From assembly GCA_038496445.1 (NCBI GenBank), contig JALMLS010000525.1, forward strand, positions 188,264 through 252,263: a stretch of 64,000 nt of DNA, read 5' to 3'. Source of the stretch: Trichosphaerium sp. ATCC 40318. Lineage: Eukaryota; Protista; Tubulinea. Positions 11,997 to 29,812 of the stretch are shown here, piece after piece; positions within the stretch are counted from its first letter, which is position 1; each line of letters starts with the position of its first letter. Under the pieces are notes generated by a model. The model searched no databases. It worked only from the letters and a program-made list of their open reading frames with translations, and was not told where the DNA came from. Position numbers and translations under genes: made by a program.

Positions 11997-14900
11997 ATGG
12001 AACGTATTGCATCTTATTTCCTCACCAAGTACCTTGGCGAGTATGTAGAAGGTACTAGTTGTTGCTAGCTCTCAGTATTTACTCTTTTCAGGACTAAATG
12101 CGTCAAACCTAAACCTCAAGCTTACTACTGGGCGTGTGACGCTCAAGAACCTTCAGTTAAAGCAGTCTGCTCTTGATCAGTTAAACCTACCTGTTACAGT
12201 TAAAAAAGGTACTTGTACCTGTTTACGTTGCGTATTAACGATGTCAAAAGGGTTTATTGGGTCGCTGTCTTTGGAGGTGCCATGGCGTTCACTCGATACA
12301 AAGCCTACAATTGCCAGAGTACACGATCTTCATATCATCGCTTCTCCTAGAAAGCCTGTGCGTAAATAAGGCGAGCCGTGTGCACGTGATGTCACACGTT
12401 TATTTTTTTGTGTTTATCTTTCACACGTACTTAAAACTGTTTGGTTGTAGGGTACACAGGAGGATGAGACGCGTCGTGCTGCACAAACGAAGAAAAAACA
12501 ATTGCAATTGGCAGAGATGCTTGGTTATGATAGGCCCGAGGTAGAGGAGAATAAGACAAAGAGTGACGATGGTTTCTTGGATCAATTAACTGCAAAGATT
12601 GTGGATAATCTTCAAATATTTATAGATACAGTCCACATTCGCTTTGAGGTAAGACTTGTTCTTTTCTTGCACTGATTCGACAAGGACGAATTATCTGATA
12701 CAGAACCTTTCAGTTTTGGTATTACATTGGAGCGCTTGCATGTTGAGTCTGCCAATGCAGATTGGAAGCCTGCTCTCCTTAAAGTTGGACAAAAACAAAT
12801 TCTGAAGGTGGAGCACAATTTTGCAGTTGTTCCATTTCGTTAATGAAAACATAGTTGGTTTCTATGGAGAATTTGGCTGTTTACGCAAATACAGCTGGCG
12901 TTAAATTCGTTGACTTGACTGATCAGCAGAGAATGAGGGCTGAAATGACTGCTTTGGTAACACTTGCATCGTATACTTCTTACATTAACTCACCGTTAAG
13001 ATATACACCAAGACCAATATACCAAAGGTATCATATGTAATCAAACCGATTAGCATTGAACTAAAAGCACGTGTTGACAAAGAGCGTGACTTATCAAGGT
13101 ACTTCAATCTAAGTACTTTGTTAGTGACATATCATAGGGCTCGTGTTGAAGTTGATTGCACAGTAACCCGTCTTTCAGTTCACTTAACTGACGTGAGTAC
13201 AACTGCTGAAAAATATTTTGCTAATAGTGCTCTATTTAGAAACAATACCATCGCGTAATAGCCCTACTAGATTTCTTTACAGCCTATGTCAAATCCCTCA
13301 AGTACTTTAAATATAGACCGTGTGTAGTGTGTAGACCTACTGCACGTCCGGATTTGTGGTGGAAATTCGCAATTGATTCAGTGTTACACAATATTAAGCG
13401 CACAGCAAAAGCGTGTACTTGGGAAGGCATTAAGAAGAGGAAAACTGATAGACTTTCTTATATTTCGCTATACACTAAGAAGGTACAGGGCAGTATTGGT
13501 GGCAGCGATAAAAAGCTGCTGCATAGCCTTGAAGCAGAGTATGGCTATGAAGATTTAGTCTTGTGGCGCAAATTGGTTCGTTCTATACTTGACAGCAAGA
13601 CAATATTGACGCAAACCTAAAGGCTAATGCGAGCATCTTAAGAAGTAAAAAGCAAAAAAGCGGAGGCTACCTATCATGGTTCTTTTCTAAGTCTGATACA
13701 CCGGAAAAAGTAATCTGCTAAGTACTCAAGAAATGAGACTAACGCCATTACAGAGCGAAAAATGGAGCGAATCCGTTTGGAAGGAAATTCATAGGGTAGC
13801 AGGATACAACCTGGACTCATCTGATAAGCAAATTAAAGTCCCTGAAGACGTACGTGTTTGACTGTTTTTAGTGGATGCGCTGACATTGGATGAAGTACGT
13901 ACAATACAAGATAAATATCATTATCAATCGCATGGCTATACATATTCGAGAGAACACGAAAACGCAAATAGTAGAGTTAGAGGCTGAAGACATGGTGATT
14001 GGATTGCAGGCCAGAGTCAATGGTCTACATGTAAGGCTCAAAAATAATTTAGAATTGTTTTTTGTTAACTTCAGCACTTATAGGCTACAACGAAATTGCG
14101 AACTGTGGCAGCCTACGATTTCTACACCCTCGGTAAAAAGATCATTATGGCTGCAGACAAATCATCGACAACTGCTAACATCTTAGACTTGGAGTTTGAC
14201 ATCAATCCGATTGAGCAGAAGGAGGTCTTTGTTATGATAAAGGTTACTTTTTCTACAAATCTATTTCCTGTTATTACTAACCAATATGCAGGGTACAGCA
14301 CTGCCCATCCACGCCACATTCTCTCGCCCAGTCTTAGAACGTTGTATAGAGTTCTTTAAGGTGACATCCACGTGGCTAGTAGATGTTCAAACAGCTGCAC
14401 AAAATCAATATGATGCTCTTCTGAAACGCGCTGAGACTCAGCTTAAGTATGCCTTCACGAAAAAGAAACAAATTTTACTGGACGTGCAAGTACAAGCACC
14501 TACAATTGGCATCCCTAGAAGCCACGATGGTATCCACTACCCAGCGATGATCTTTGATCTTGGTAGTTTGTCAATTCAAACTGATTTAAACGCGGTACCC
14601 AAATGTCTTGATAGTTAATCTATTTTTCTACTAACACTGGTGACAAGGCTCTTGGCTCAGTTGTATTTGACGGAGTTGATCCAACGATATCTCAGGACTA
14701 TTTTTATGAAACGTTCAATATTGACTTGAAGGGCATTCGCGTACTTATAAAATATCCGTACCGTGTCCTTTGTTAATCAGTGGATTAGATGGCAGCTTTG
14801 AACGAGTACAATGTTGACGATTGGATTGCTGAAAAGAAAAAATCCTCTGTCGCCAGTTGTGATTATGTGATTAGAGACTTCTGCATTAAAGGACAAGCCA

Positions 14901-17900
14901 AATTTTGCCGAGTACCAAACAATGAGTTGGCCAGGTTAATGTACGTTCATATCGACAATTCACACTCTAATTGTAATCTTAAGAATGCACGTGACGTTGC
15001 CGTCCCTAACTCTAGAAGTGAGCAAGAATAAGGTTAACAGAGTATTGCAGATATTAGAAAAAGTTTTTGAGGGTGACTTGTTAAGGGTACACACTACCTT
15101 TTTGGCAAGCGTTTACTTACAACATACAGGCTGGAAAGGCAGACCAATTTCGCTCCACGTTTGGAACTTTAGCCTCAGTTACTGCAGATAAGCACTCGAT
15201 TGTAAAGTATTTAGTTTCTGCGGATTTGAACATAAAAAAAGTAACAGTAAATATGAGTGATTTAGTTGGGGGTAAAGAAATACCGCTTCTTTCAGTACGT
15301 TCTATCAAATCTACCCAGGAACTTACACCAAATAAGATCCAACTCAAAGGATTGCAACTCAAGTCGCAAATCTACAATGAGAAGACCTCTGCGCTCATAA
15401 AGTTACAAGATCTGATGGTTATTGACATCTCTGGAAAGAGAAAGACTAACACTCAAAATTACATTCTGACGTCACTAACAGACAAGATTGACTTGATAAC
15501 CATCAAATATGACCTAGTGTCACAGGTAAATAACACCATTTTAAGGCGTATTGAGCGATACTAAAAAAAGTAGGTGTCAGCAGAGTGGGAAGGTTGCCAT
15601 AACAGTGTCAATGTGTACGGCTCAATTGATGCACCTGAGTATGTTTAATCCGACTTAGAGATTTTAATGGACTAGATGTTTATGCACACAGACCAACCAT
15701 AATTGCTGCGGCTCACTTCATTAGAGGCATGCTAGAAGAAGTAAATAACTCGTTCCTTGGAGAGTACGGATGTGAGTGTTGGCATGTTGTTAATGTAAGC
15801 TTAGAAAGAAGGAGGCAGATGATCAAAGTACACTCGTCAAACCACAGGCTAAAAAAAGCAGTGGCACTAGAACTCTACTAAATGTTCGCTTTATCATATT
15901 GCGTTACCACTGACATATGAACAGGTTGTTGTCAAGGTCGACAATGTTCGAGGTTACCTTATATCAAATGAGAAACAATTCTTGTCCCTAGAAATCACCG
16001 AAGGATTTGTGGATGTAACTGTCCTCTCCAACGATACATTCAGCATTATTGGGCGCTTGGGATCTGTTACAGCGATTGACCACAATAATAACGTTTGGTA
16101 CGCTTTTGCCTATTTGTTTACTACTCTAGCTCACATACATTTGAAGGTCTGATCTCATACGCATAAAACGTGATGTTGTAACTTTTCAGCTTCAGACGTT
16201 CAACAAGGAAAATGACTATCCAGGCCATGACATGCTGGTTAAAGGTCAGATTGGGAAGATAAAAGTCGTCTTATTGATGCCAGTTATTCGAGAGCTCATT
16301 GAGTTCACGAAGCCTTTGCTCATCATACGTAGGAACATGTTGTCGGTGTACTAGCCTTGGCGTAACACTTTTTGTAGGAGATATTTTTGACTATGCCCGA
16401 AAAGAAGTCAAAGACCCTGCTTTGCGGCTGGACACTCTGAATGAACTTAAACGTTGGTGCACTATTGCATCGCATGGCCTAACAGCATGTAGGTGTGAGG
16501 ATTGAATTCTCAGCGAAACATCCTCGTATTTTAATACCTTCATCGTTCACGTGCAGAGAATACCTACTGGCGGATCTTGGTAATATTGTTTTGAATAGTG
16601 ATGTCCAAGTTAGTAGTTTGCTCACCTTATTCCCTGCTTTTTTTCTAATGATGGCATAGGCGACGTCGGGCAAGAGCACAGACGTGTTAGTACAAGAAAT
16701 AGACGTAAACGTGGAATCATTAAAACTGTCCACCCGTGTAGACGCCGACTATGACAACAAGAAAGAGCTCGCTAAAACCAATTTGTCAGTCAAAGTGGCT
16801 GTTCCTCTAGAAGGCAATGAGGCACATGCGCTCTGTGACCTTGATGTACTCCTATTCGCACTTATTCGCGTTATACTGATAAAGTTAGATACGTCTTATC
16901 AGTGAATCGATCAATTTTGCTATCGATAGGGTCCAAATAGAGCTCATCTTACAAGTACTATGCAATAATCTCGCTGGTTCTCCTAGATCAGAATCACGTA
17001 CGCCAATTTTGAAGGTTGCCTAGCTAATGTGAATCAATGGTAGAGGAGAGCACATTGTTAGTACGATATCCAAGCCTTGTTACTCCCGATGACAAAGCGC
17101 CTCCTGTTTCTGAAAACATAGGCAAGCCTTGGACAACGCTTGGTTTAGAAGTCGCAATCCCTAGCGTTACAGTGTTGTTCCATGATGATCCTTGGTTACT
17201 GGAAAGCGAAGTGTACACCATCGCAAATTAAAAAGTTTAACGCTCACCTCTGTTATAGGTATTCGCAGAATCTACAATGCTCCTTGAACTCCCTTCACGT
17301 ATCGGTTATCAATAAATCAGATACTTCCTTCAAAGTAGGAGTAGATTTGGAATCCATTTGTATACAAAGTGCCTCTAATACGAGTAACCTGGATCAGATG
17401 CATATATTGAACGTGCGTGTGTTGCTTGTAATTCCTGGAGTAACGATACATGTAGGATGTATTCCAAAGCTCCCCAAACTCGAAAGACACGCTAACAGTT
17501 CGCATTACGTCAACAATTCAAGGTACTAGTCACGTGATTGATTTTTTGTTGACAGTATGCTAGATATGGAAATAAAAGCAACACTGCTTGAACCAATTGT
17601 ATTTGTTAATGCAGCCGTAGTATGCGCTATTAACGTATGGCTCGTATCCCCAACACTATTTAACTATAATTAGCGCATTGTATTTCCACTTATTACCGAG
17701 AGACTACCACAGGCAGTGACTGAAGTTACAACCAAATTGTATAGGCTCGCCAACAATGGTCAAGATCCACCACTTGTAGATAAGGCTACTGTTATTTCAG
17801 TCAGGTGCGGATTGATTGCCTTTTCACATATAGCTAAGCTGTGCATAGGGTAGTCAAACCAAGTTTAAGTGCATTAGATACACTTCTTCCAGTAAATAAG

Positions 17901-20900
17901 ACTATGCTTGCGTCCGCAGTAAACATCGATAAAGTGGTTTTAAATGTGACAGCGGATCCTATAAAAAATAATTCGGTCATTAATCTCAATATAAAGGATA
18001 CGTATCTCGCACGTGTTCGTTTGAACGAAACGGTAATAAGGTTAATAGCCAATAAGTATCTAAAAAATGTGTTTAGTTCCAAATTCAGGATAAGACAGCT
18101 GTCTTTGATAAGTTCTCAGTGCAGTTCTCCTTAAACGCAGATATGGCTAAAAACCACCATAATATTGCACTGGATATAGGTCATCTCAATGGTATAATCG
18201 CGTACACGGTAAGTATTGCTAATTTCTATTGTAAATAACTCTTGGCTAGGAGCTTATTGATATTTTGTATGCCTCACAGAGTTGGCTACCAGTGCTTGAT
18301 TCATACATTCAAGATAACGACTCGAGTAGGCATATAAGTTAAAGAATCTCCATCTAATTACTTTGTACAGGTGACTTATCTGCTTCTTCGTCATCGTATG
18401 ATACAAAGCCAACGGCTAGGTAATACTATTGCTGCATAACGGTTTTTAACAATATTAGGCCTATTCCCGCACAGTTAGTCCTTGTCAAAGCATCATGTGC
18501 AGGCCTTTCCCTTGGTATTATCAATGATACATATGCTGTCAGTTTGCCGGTAGCTCGGATTAATATGACCACATTGAATTGTCACATCAACCAAGCTTCG
18601 GATCAGCCAACCAGAATAAAGGTGAAAAGTACTGTCTTGGTTTACCACTTACACGTATCAGTTATGGTTCCCCCATGATAAGCATAACGTTCCTGGAAAC
18701 ATTGCTATAGATGTCTACAATGGAGTTCAAGATGTTTGGGAACCTTGTATAGGTGCGTGAGGATGTCCCTGTCACTCAACACCAAGCTCACCTTATTCCA
18801 TAGAACCTTGGTCTGTTCGAGCCACCATGCTCATTGGTGATACTACAACAGCAAATATAATGTACGCTACGTAACTAATTGGTTTACCTGACACATAGTA
18901 GTGCGAGCAAGTTGAACATGAACGTAAACAACGCGTTAATATGCACGATATTCGACTTTGAAACATTGTTCACTGAACAAACCAAAAAATTTGAAACAAC
19001 GCCTAAAATGAGCAAGTTTGCAAGTGTGCAGGACAAGATAAATGAAACAATATTACATCCGTATCACTTGAATAACTTGACTGATTACAACATAAAGTAC
19101 TGGATCACTGGCCACAAAAAACATTCGCTCAAGCCACAGAAACTCACACCAGTTAAATTATCGGATACTCGCTCTCTTGATACTGCCTTAGATAGACTCA
19201 ACTTCGAAATAGCCGACAATGAATCTTTCAAAGCAACGCTCAAAGTACGTATCAATGTGAAAGCAATCACTTTCTAATAAGTGTAGCACATTCCAGTGAC
19301 TCGCGTTGGATCACAAGTATACCGTATAAGGTACCATCTACTTTTATTCTTGTTCTGCATCTGATTTGTGGTCTTTTAAACAGGGGTAATATTAATCGAT
19401 TGATATCTGTTGAAGTGTCCTACAATGGGAGTACAAAACTGATCACTTTGCGCGGTGCATATGCCATTGCCAACTTGACAGCAAAGGACATTGACGTCCA
19501 AATTCGAAACGCCAACAAACTGAGTTTGTATAGCTGCACTATCAAACCTGGTACTCGCCTCTCTGTCCCTCCAAAGATTTTAGAGAGCAACTTGTTTCTG
19601 GCTATTAAACCAAGCAATACTCCATTAGGTTGGAGTCAGTTATTACACTTAAGAAGTACGTTGGATAACGCAAAGTTAACAGTGTTCACAATATTATTAG
19701 GCAGCCCACGAACATACCTTAAGTGTGCGGATGCAGACAACACAACATTGTGGTATTGCCTAGCCGATTCAATTGATAAGAATGATGTCAGCGTCAGCAT
19801 TGAATTGCGTGTCCCATTACGCATATCTAATTTGCTGCATTCCCCAATCACTTATAAGGTACATTTCTCTACAGCCTCCTTTACCTTATTCGAAATCTAG
19901 GTAGTACGTCATTTGGGACCCAATGACGACATAACTGTCAGCCACGACATGATTTGTAATGGTGAGCATGCAGACGTAATGGCTTTGGAAGACAAGACTT
20001 TACGCATTGAGCTTACAGTTGCTGGTATTTAAACAATGCTTAGAATGTGTACCGCCTTAATCGAACAATGTTATTAGGTTTCGAAAAATCTGAAACATTC
20101 AGTCCATTTGTGGATGTCCATCACCACATCTACAGCAGAGACACAAATGGAAATCCAATAGAATTTCGTGCACACGTGGAGTAAGTCCTTTACTTTTTCT
20201 GAACATTTCTAACAGTTGTAGTCGCTCAAAGAAACTTGTTACAGTAGTTATATTTGCAAAGTACTGGATAAACAACTTGACAGGGCTACGGCTACTCTTT
20301 AAAAAGCCGAAAAATGCACTCTCTGCTGGTCAAGGTATTGTGTTATTATTGTTTACTAGTACTAACATATTAGACCATACCATAGAACAGATGAATCCGC
20401 TGAAAGGCGATCCACGTTTGTGGTAGAGAACAAAAGATGTCGTGTTATTGTTGATAACATGTGATAGGTATGAGAAAGACAAGACTCAATTGAGGCTTTC
20501 GCGCAATAGCGATCAGAGTGGTTCTTCACTTCGTGTTGGTAGTTTTATGATTAAAAGAGGTCCTTCATTGGCAAACAAAATAGAGTATGTACACCAGACA
20601 CCCTCACCATTGAAACAGCATAACATGTATTAGGTTATTGTCAAGTGGAGACCTTGCTAGACAATGGAAATACCATAGTTCCCGAAGAATATCGCTCAAA
20701 ATTGAAACGTCAAGCTGGTCTAAAGTACGTACTTTACCAGAGCTACCTAGCTCACATAAAGACAGGAATGCGTGATATCAAGACGTGGTGAGCATGTGGT
20801 ATCAATGGTTGATACTTCAGGTCAATCGTTTGAAGTTGTTGTGTCGTCCTGGCCAGCACCTGGTCGATTCTGGAGAACAACGTTAGTTCGCATAACACCA

Positions 20901-23900
20901 AGGAACATTCTGGTAAACCAGACAAAAACTCCTCTTGCATACAAGCAACGAGGTGGTAAGGCATTTTTGCTTGAAAAGAACTCTGTTCTACCTTTTCATT
21001 GGATGAATGCATCAGATGATTCCAAGGCCTTGCTGGTAAAACGTGACGATGATAGCGGGGGATGGTACTAATTCAAAAACAGCTGTACTGAAACTAAGTA
21101 CTGATGATTTAGGTCAACGCCAATTAACCCTGTCATCACTGGGGAGTTTCAAACAAGACTGAAGCTTAACGATCCGAACGCAGATCCAGGATTCGAACTC
21201 ATCAACTTTCGCATAAAGCTTGCAAATGCAACTACCTATGTCATATTTACAGAAAGAGCAGACGACATACCAACCACTTTTGAAATCGACAATATGACCA
21301 AACACAAATTCACACTCATTCAACAAGGAACTGATGAACAGCATTTTGTGGATAGCAACAGCAAAGGTGCGCGTCTCTTTGGTTGGACATTTTCCTTACT
21401 GTGTACCAATAGTACCCTTCTTCTTGAACGATCCACAAACACCTGACCCCATTGTAAGTTCAAACTTCTTTGTGTTTCGAAACAAGCTAACTTTGCTAGC
21501 TGGCGATTTACGTTGGCCGGGACCTTACTAATAAGCCAAAAAAAATATCGTTTCAGAAGATTAAGTGAGTATTATCAGTTTTCCTCAACAACACTAACAA
21601 TGGGGCACTAAGGATACATAAACCTTATAAAATTGGTAACAGTGCTGTGGTATTCGAAGTATCGCTATCACATGGAGCACGGAGGCTTCATATACGTAAC
21701 AAAGAGAGCTTGTCACAATCACAACTGGTTCCTAAACACAAGGCACAAAGTAGCGACAGAACATGGATTTTATACTAACGACAACGCACAGCTTCTGTCA
21801 GTTGAAGTAAATTTTTCGAGGATTGGGATATCAGTGATGAATAGCACACCACGAGAGATTGTGTACGTACTCATAGAAAATACAGATGTGACGTACTACA
21901 CCACGGACACCACTGCCAACTTTGAATTGCGTGTGAAGAGCATGCAAGCTGACAACCAACTGTACAATACGCCATATCCCGTAGTGTTGTTCTCCAGACC
22001 ACCAAAGGATAAGCCGTTCATTCACTTTGTTCTTTGCCAGAAAACGAGCATCACTTCACTGCAGTACTACGAATACTGCGCTTTCATCATGCAAAAGATG
22101 GACTTGCAAGTGGATAGAGCATTTGCTACCTATTTCCTGGATCACTTGGCATTCTTGTTTGATGAGCTCGAAAAGAGACATGGTGCAGACTTGGAAAGCA
22201 AATTATTGACACAACATGAGGTAAACATAAGATGAGGCACCTCGATAAACTAACAACTCGGTTTTCTTTCTAGGATATTATCAGCATCACGTCTGCTGAA
22301 ATCAACAAAACTGACTCGACATTGTTGTATTTAGAACTCTTACACTTTAATCCAATACAGTTTTACCTTACCTTTGCACCTGCCACTGTAGACAAAATGG
22401 CATTGTATCCTTCTTCATTCTTTCTAATGGATCCCAATTTTCTTTGACATACAATCTAGCAACCCTCGATTGACTAGATACCTCAGTATACTAAAGCGTG
22501 TACCAACTAGAATAGATAGAGCCCCAATCTCGTTGAATGCATTGATGCTCCAACACCCTTTAGCAAATCCTGCTGATTTGACTTTGCAACTTGTAAATCA
22601 TTACGTCAGAGCACTTGTCGGACAGGTAAAACGACAACAGTTCAAGTGTTTGCGCTAATAGCTTCGGTTAATATAGTGGTACAAAATAGTTGGGAGCGTA
22701 TCATACATAGGAAATCCTGTGGGACTGGTACACCATTATGGCACTGGATTCAAGGAATTCTTTCATGACCCAGCCAAGGCACACTCAACAAGTAATACTG
22801 AGTTATCATCTTACAGCCTACTGTTAGGGCATAGTGGTCAGCCCAAAAGAGTTTGCAAAAGGAGTCGGAACTGGAACAATATCACTCTCTAAGCACGTGG
22901 TGTATGGCACTTTGGATACACTCTCCAAATTTTCAGAAACCCTTGGAGATCTAGGTACATCCTACCAAACCTTTTTTTGACGTAAGGGCGTCAGCATCTG
23001 ACAATAAATACGTAGGAGGGCTAGTGAGTATGGATAGAGAATACCAAGAAAAGCGTAACCTGAACAGACACAAACAAGCCAGAAACGCGGGTGAAGGTAT
23101 TGTTTATGGAGCACGTGATCTTGGTAAAGGTGTCATGCAAGGTGTCACTGGTATTGTGGTACGCACATTCACCGAAACGGCGATTAACAAACTGTAGTCA
23201 CAACCTATTAAAGGCTACAAAAAATCGGGAGGAAAGGGTTTATTGAAAGGCATTGGCCTCGGTATAATAGGGTACGTATATTTAACTACTTACAAATTAT
23301 TGATTTCCATGTAGACTCCCTCTCAAACCTCTCGTTGGCGTTGCGGATCTTGCAACTCGCGTACAAGAGGCATGGTTATAACGTTTTTGAGTAATCTAAC
23401 TTACATCAGGGCGTGAAAAACAATGTGACTAGCTCGGAGTACTCGCACACAAAGAGAAAAAGACTACCTCGATTCTTTGGCGTTACCAAAGCTTTAGAGG
23501 TATACAATACAGAAAAGGGAAATAGCATCTCAACATGTACCTGTTTAGGTGTATGATGAAGAAAAAGCCGAGGGCCAATACTTGCTTTCTAGAACAGACA
23601 ATGGAAAACATGCCAGGTAAGGCTTGTGAGTAATTTGATACTAACTACATTGTTGTAGAGAAACTTACCTGTTTCACAACTTGCTAAATATTAAACAAAC
23701 GCAATGCTTGCTTGCTAGCACAACGCACATTATGCTAATTCAAAAAGCAGTGGCTGGTAATATAGCCACACTCGATATCGAATTCAGGAAGGAGTGGCGT
23801 TCAGAATGGTGCTTTCCAATACGATGTACGTGATATCTCGACTAAAGACAAGCTGCAACAACTATATACAAGTGCTAACAGAGGCCGTTTGTAGCACTCG

Positions 23901-24713
23901 CTCGCGAACTAGTATTGAACACAAACGACTTATCCATCACGCTTCAATTTGACGGTGTAGACCTAAAGGAACGACGCACAATTAAGACACACTCCGAAGC
24001 CATCTTAACAGCCTGTTATACATCGCTAAAGTTATCAGTGGCGGACGCACTGGACATACAGGGATCAGTGTGCGTGATAACCTACCTTTAAAAGTAGACC
24101 ATATCATCTGTTAATGGTTGTTAGGGTGATACACAGCATTGTACCAGACGACGCCGAAGATAAATCGCGCCTTTCACCATCAAGTGACTCTCAATTCAGT
24201 CACCCACGCGCGCTGTCACATAGATCAGGTACTTCTGGATATATCACAAATGTGTACGTCTACAAAGGAGACGACTTTGAACGCCTTCATGAAAATGGGA
24301 AGATACAAGGATGCACAAAGAACTTGAGTGAAGGTGTCAAAGGCAAAACGCCTCGCTTTTTATGCTGGGAATTGTCTACGCAAGGCGCAGCAATCAAAGA
24401 GTTGTCAATCGTGTCTCATAACCACAAAGCGAGCAAGCTACCAAAAGATCAAGGCGGAAAGTGGATCAAAGTGGGGGTGGATATAAATCCAGGAGGTACA
24501 AAACACTTGTCACAACAACCTAATCAAACTTACTTTTACGTAGGTCACGGCATGTATTTGTACTATAGGATAGGCGGGAAAGGCAAAAAGATAGCAGAGT
24601 TGGACGTGGTGTACTCGAAGAAGCCAAAGAAGGATTGGAAATTAGTGTCCAACAAAAGTGGTAATCCATTGAGTTTCACGAGGCTCGAACTAACTGTACA
24701 ACAGGTGAAATAG
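11997..24713 (+). CDS. VPS13: VPS13-family bulk lipid transfer protein with a C-terminal extension
   Basis: Chorein-N start (YLGEYVEG..LKNLQLKQSALDQLNLPV), WWKFAI, VAB/SHR-BD region, QADNQLYNTPYPV, ATG2_C-like GNPVGL...QPIKG...GLLKGIG and RLPRFFG. More than 50 short introns. Confidence 0.92.
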
Positions 24714-24922
24714 ACATCAAGGCAAGCGGCTTTGGGATAAGCGCAAAAGTTTTTAGAAAGGGCCACACATACATTGCATACAAATATTTGTGACCAAATG
24801 TGCCACGTGACACGTGTCAAATGGAAAATAATAAAAAAAACCAGAAAATTGTATCCTACGAAAAGTAGTACTACTATTCGATCGAAAATGATTTATTTTG
24901 CTTTGTTGTTCAAAAAGTGGGC

Positions 24923-26047
24923 TTAGCACAATTCAATTTTTTGGCAAGCAACCAAAGGAGGAAATGCGGTCTCGACGTAGCTAAATATTAAAGTTAGTGA
25001 GTGACGATGATAGATAGGTGCAAGTGCAAGAGGTACATACTGAACGAGATCTTCAATTCTGCCTGGGACTACAAGGCTTTCGCAAGAATATTTGAAAGTT
25101 TCTGGGAGTTTTGAGCAGAGTTCTTCGAGAGATTCGTGAACCATCTCGACGGTTTTGTTGGAAGCCAAATATTTTTCAACGAAACCAGTAGCAACCTTGC
25201 AGAGAGAGCAAGTGACACCATTAGCTTGTTCACCAACGTAGATGTTAAGTGCGCTTGCAGGGCACATTGATTCCTACAATGCAGTAAGCTCAAACCCAAA
25301 ATCCCATCATTTAATGTAGACAAAAGCGTACAGGGATCAATTTGTGGCATACAGCTTTCGGTGTAAGATGGTTTTTGAAAAACTTGATCATTTTAGCAAT
25401 GTTTTCTGTGGTGTCCAACTCGTCGCACTGCACATAACATGGTTAGTGAAGGAGTCCAATTGATTTCGAGCTAAGCGTACAATGGCCTCAGCAGGACCAG
25501 GAAGACTAATACAGATTTTTTCAATAAGCTTTTGTGCACCTGCTTCGTGGTGGTTGTTAGCCTCCACTTCAGCGGCGTTTACTACAAACTCGCAAACATC
25601 ACAGGCGTTAACCATTGATGCAGAAACCTTGAAAGAGGCATGGTTAGGTATAAGGTATTCAGTTTTTCAGTACTAACCTCTTCGCATTGTAGGAGAAGTA
25701 TGCAAATTTGGGTAGGTGAATTATTAAGTAGGAGATCAATTGTTTTGTCACCGAAGTCGTGAACGAAATTCCTGCACTAAACCGTATAAGCCAAGAGAAA
25801 TCTACTAGCAAGTCCGTACCAAGTTTGCGAATGGTCCTGTGAAGTTGCAATCTCCGTTAAGTTGGTCAATGATAATTTCTTTGGTTGCATTGTTTTCTAG
25901 CCTTTTATCAGCAAGCTCTATTACCTAGCACTGAGTTTGTATTGCAAATCGCACAGGGGAAAGTCTTACCTTTTTGCAAATAGCGCATGTAGGTGAGGCA
26001 GCAGCCAGAGCAAATAGAGCGAGGGTAAATACAAGCGCGAGGTGCAT
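24923..26047 (-). CDS. Secreted saposin-like (SAPLIP) precursor with three SapB domains
   Basis: Signal peptide MHLALVFTLALFALAAA, then three CxxC...C...C...C...C modules (CAICK, CDVCE, CSLCK). Confidence 0.85.
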
Positions 26048-26525
26048 TGTTCTTGATGTTTGAAATCTATTGAAATATAATGGAAAGAAAACGAAGTACG
26101 TTGCAAAAATGGAGAACTACCAATAATTAGTTGTAAACCTAATATAGAGACTTTTTCGCTAAGTAGTTGAATGCTACGGCGTAAGCCCACATACTTTGAA
26201 TCTACACGGTAAGTATAAGAGCTTAATATACAACTGTAGCCGTGAGAAAAAATAATACGTTTAACTGTTCTAATGGTATGACGTTTTTGTAAAATGTGAA
26301 AATCTCCTAGCTAGGTATTTGTTGTTCATCACATTTCCCTTAAAAGTGTATAAAGAGTAGTAGTGCATCGAACCTGAGCGTACACACTAAAATGATAGTT
26401 GTGGCTCCGCTAAAAACGTCAAGTTCAGCTCATTGATCTTTATTAGCGACATAAAACCCAGCTAAACGCTTTTCATTTGTGTAGTGTGCTTTTTCAAAAA
26501 ATGTTTACAGTTTTTTTTCTCTTTC

Positions 26526-26630
26526 TAACTTATGCAACATCCCAAACAGCCAAAAACGATGCATTGTATTCGCAAAGTGCATGTAGTATGTAAGTATCAT
26601 TTTTGGCTGTTTGGGATGTTGCATAAGTTA
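26526..26630. mobile_element. MITE-like ~100-bp palindromic element
   Basis: Perfect 32-bp inverted repeat CTAACTTATGCAACATCCCAAACAGCCAAAAA (26525-) / TTTTTGGCTGTTTGGGATGTTGCATAAGTTAG (-26631). TA at 26526 and 26629 could be a TSD. Confidence 0.6.
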
Positions 26631-26971
26631 GTGAACACAATTTTTTTCTTAACTGACGTTGTTTGCGACCTCACGGCAGGGATAAGTAGTACATCACTGT
26701 TTAAGAGGATTTAGCCGTATTCATTTGATGGTAAAAGGTGTTGATGCTCTTAAATAAGGAATTAAAAGTTCCTTTTTTGCTGAAAAGATCACGACACATA
26801 TTTTCTGTGATAATTACGCATAATGTACATATTGTGCATCGGCAGTTTCAGGAGAGTAGCTGACTGCTGTGTGGTTGACACATTTTTTACTTTTTCATCA
26901 ACTGCTTAGAGAAAAATTCTCTAGAGCTGAACAACTTGGTTAGCACATATTTTAACGGATGAGCAAGTCAA

Positions 26972-29812
<2,841 letters not shown>

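Noticed and set aside
24800-24820. Tandem CACGTG E-box/CLEAR-like motifs near the saposin gene
   Set aside because: They lie between two convergent 3' ends, and CACGTG is frequent throughout the host region.
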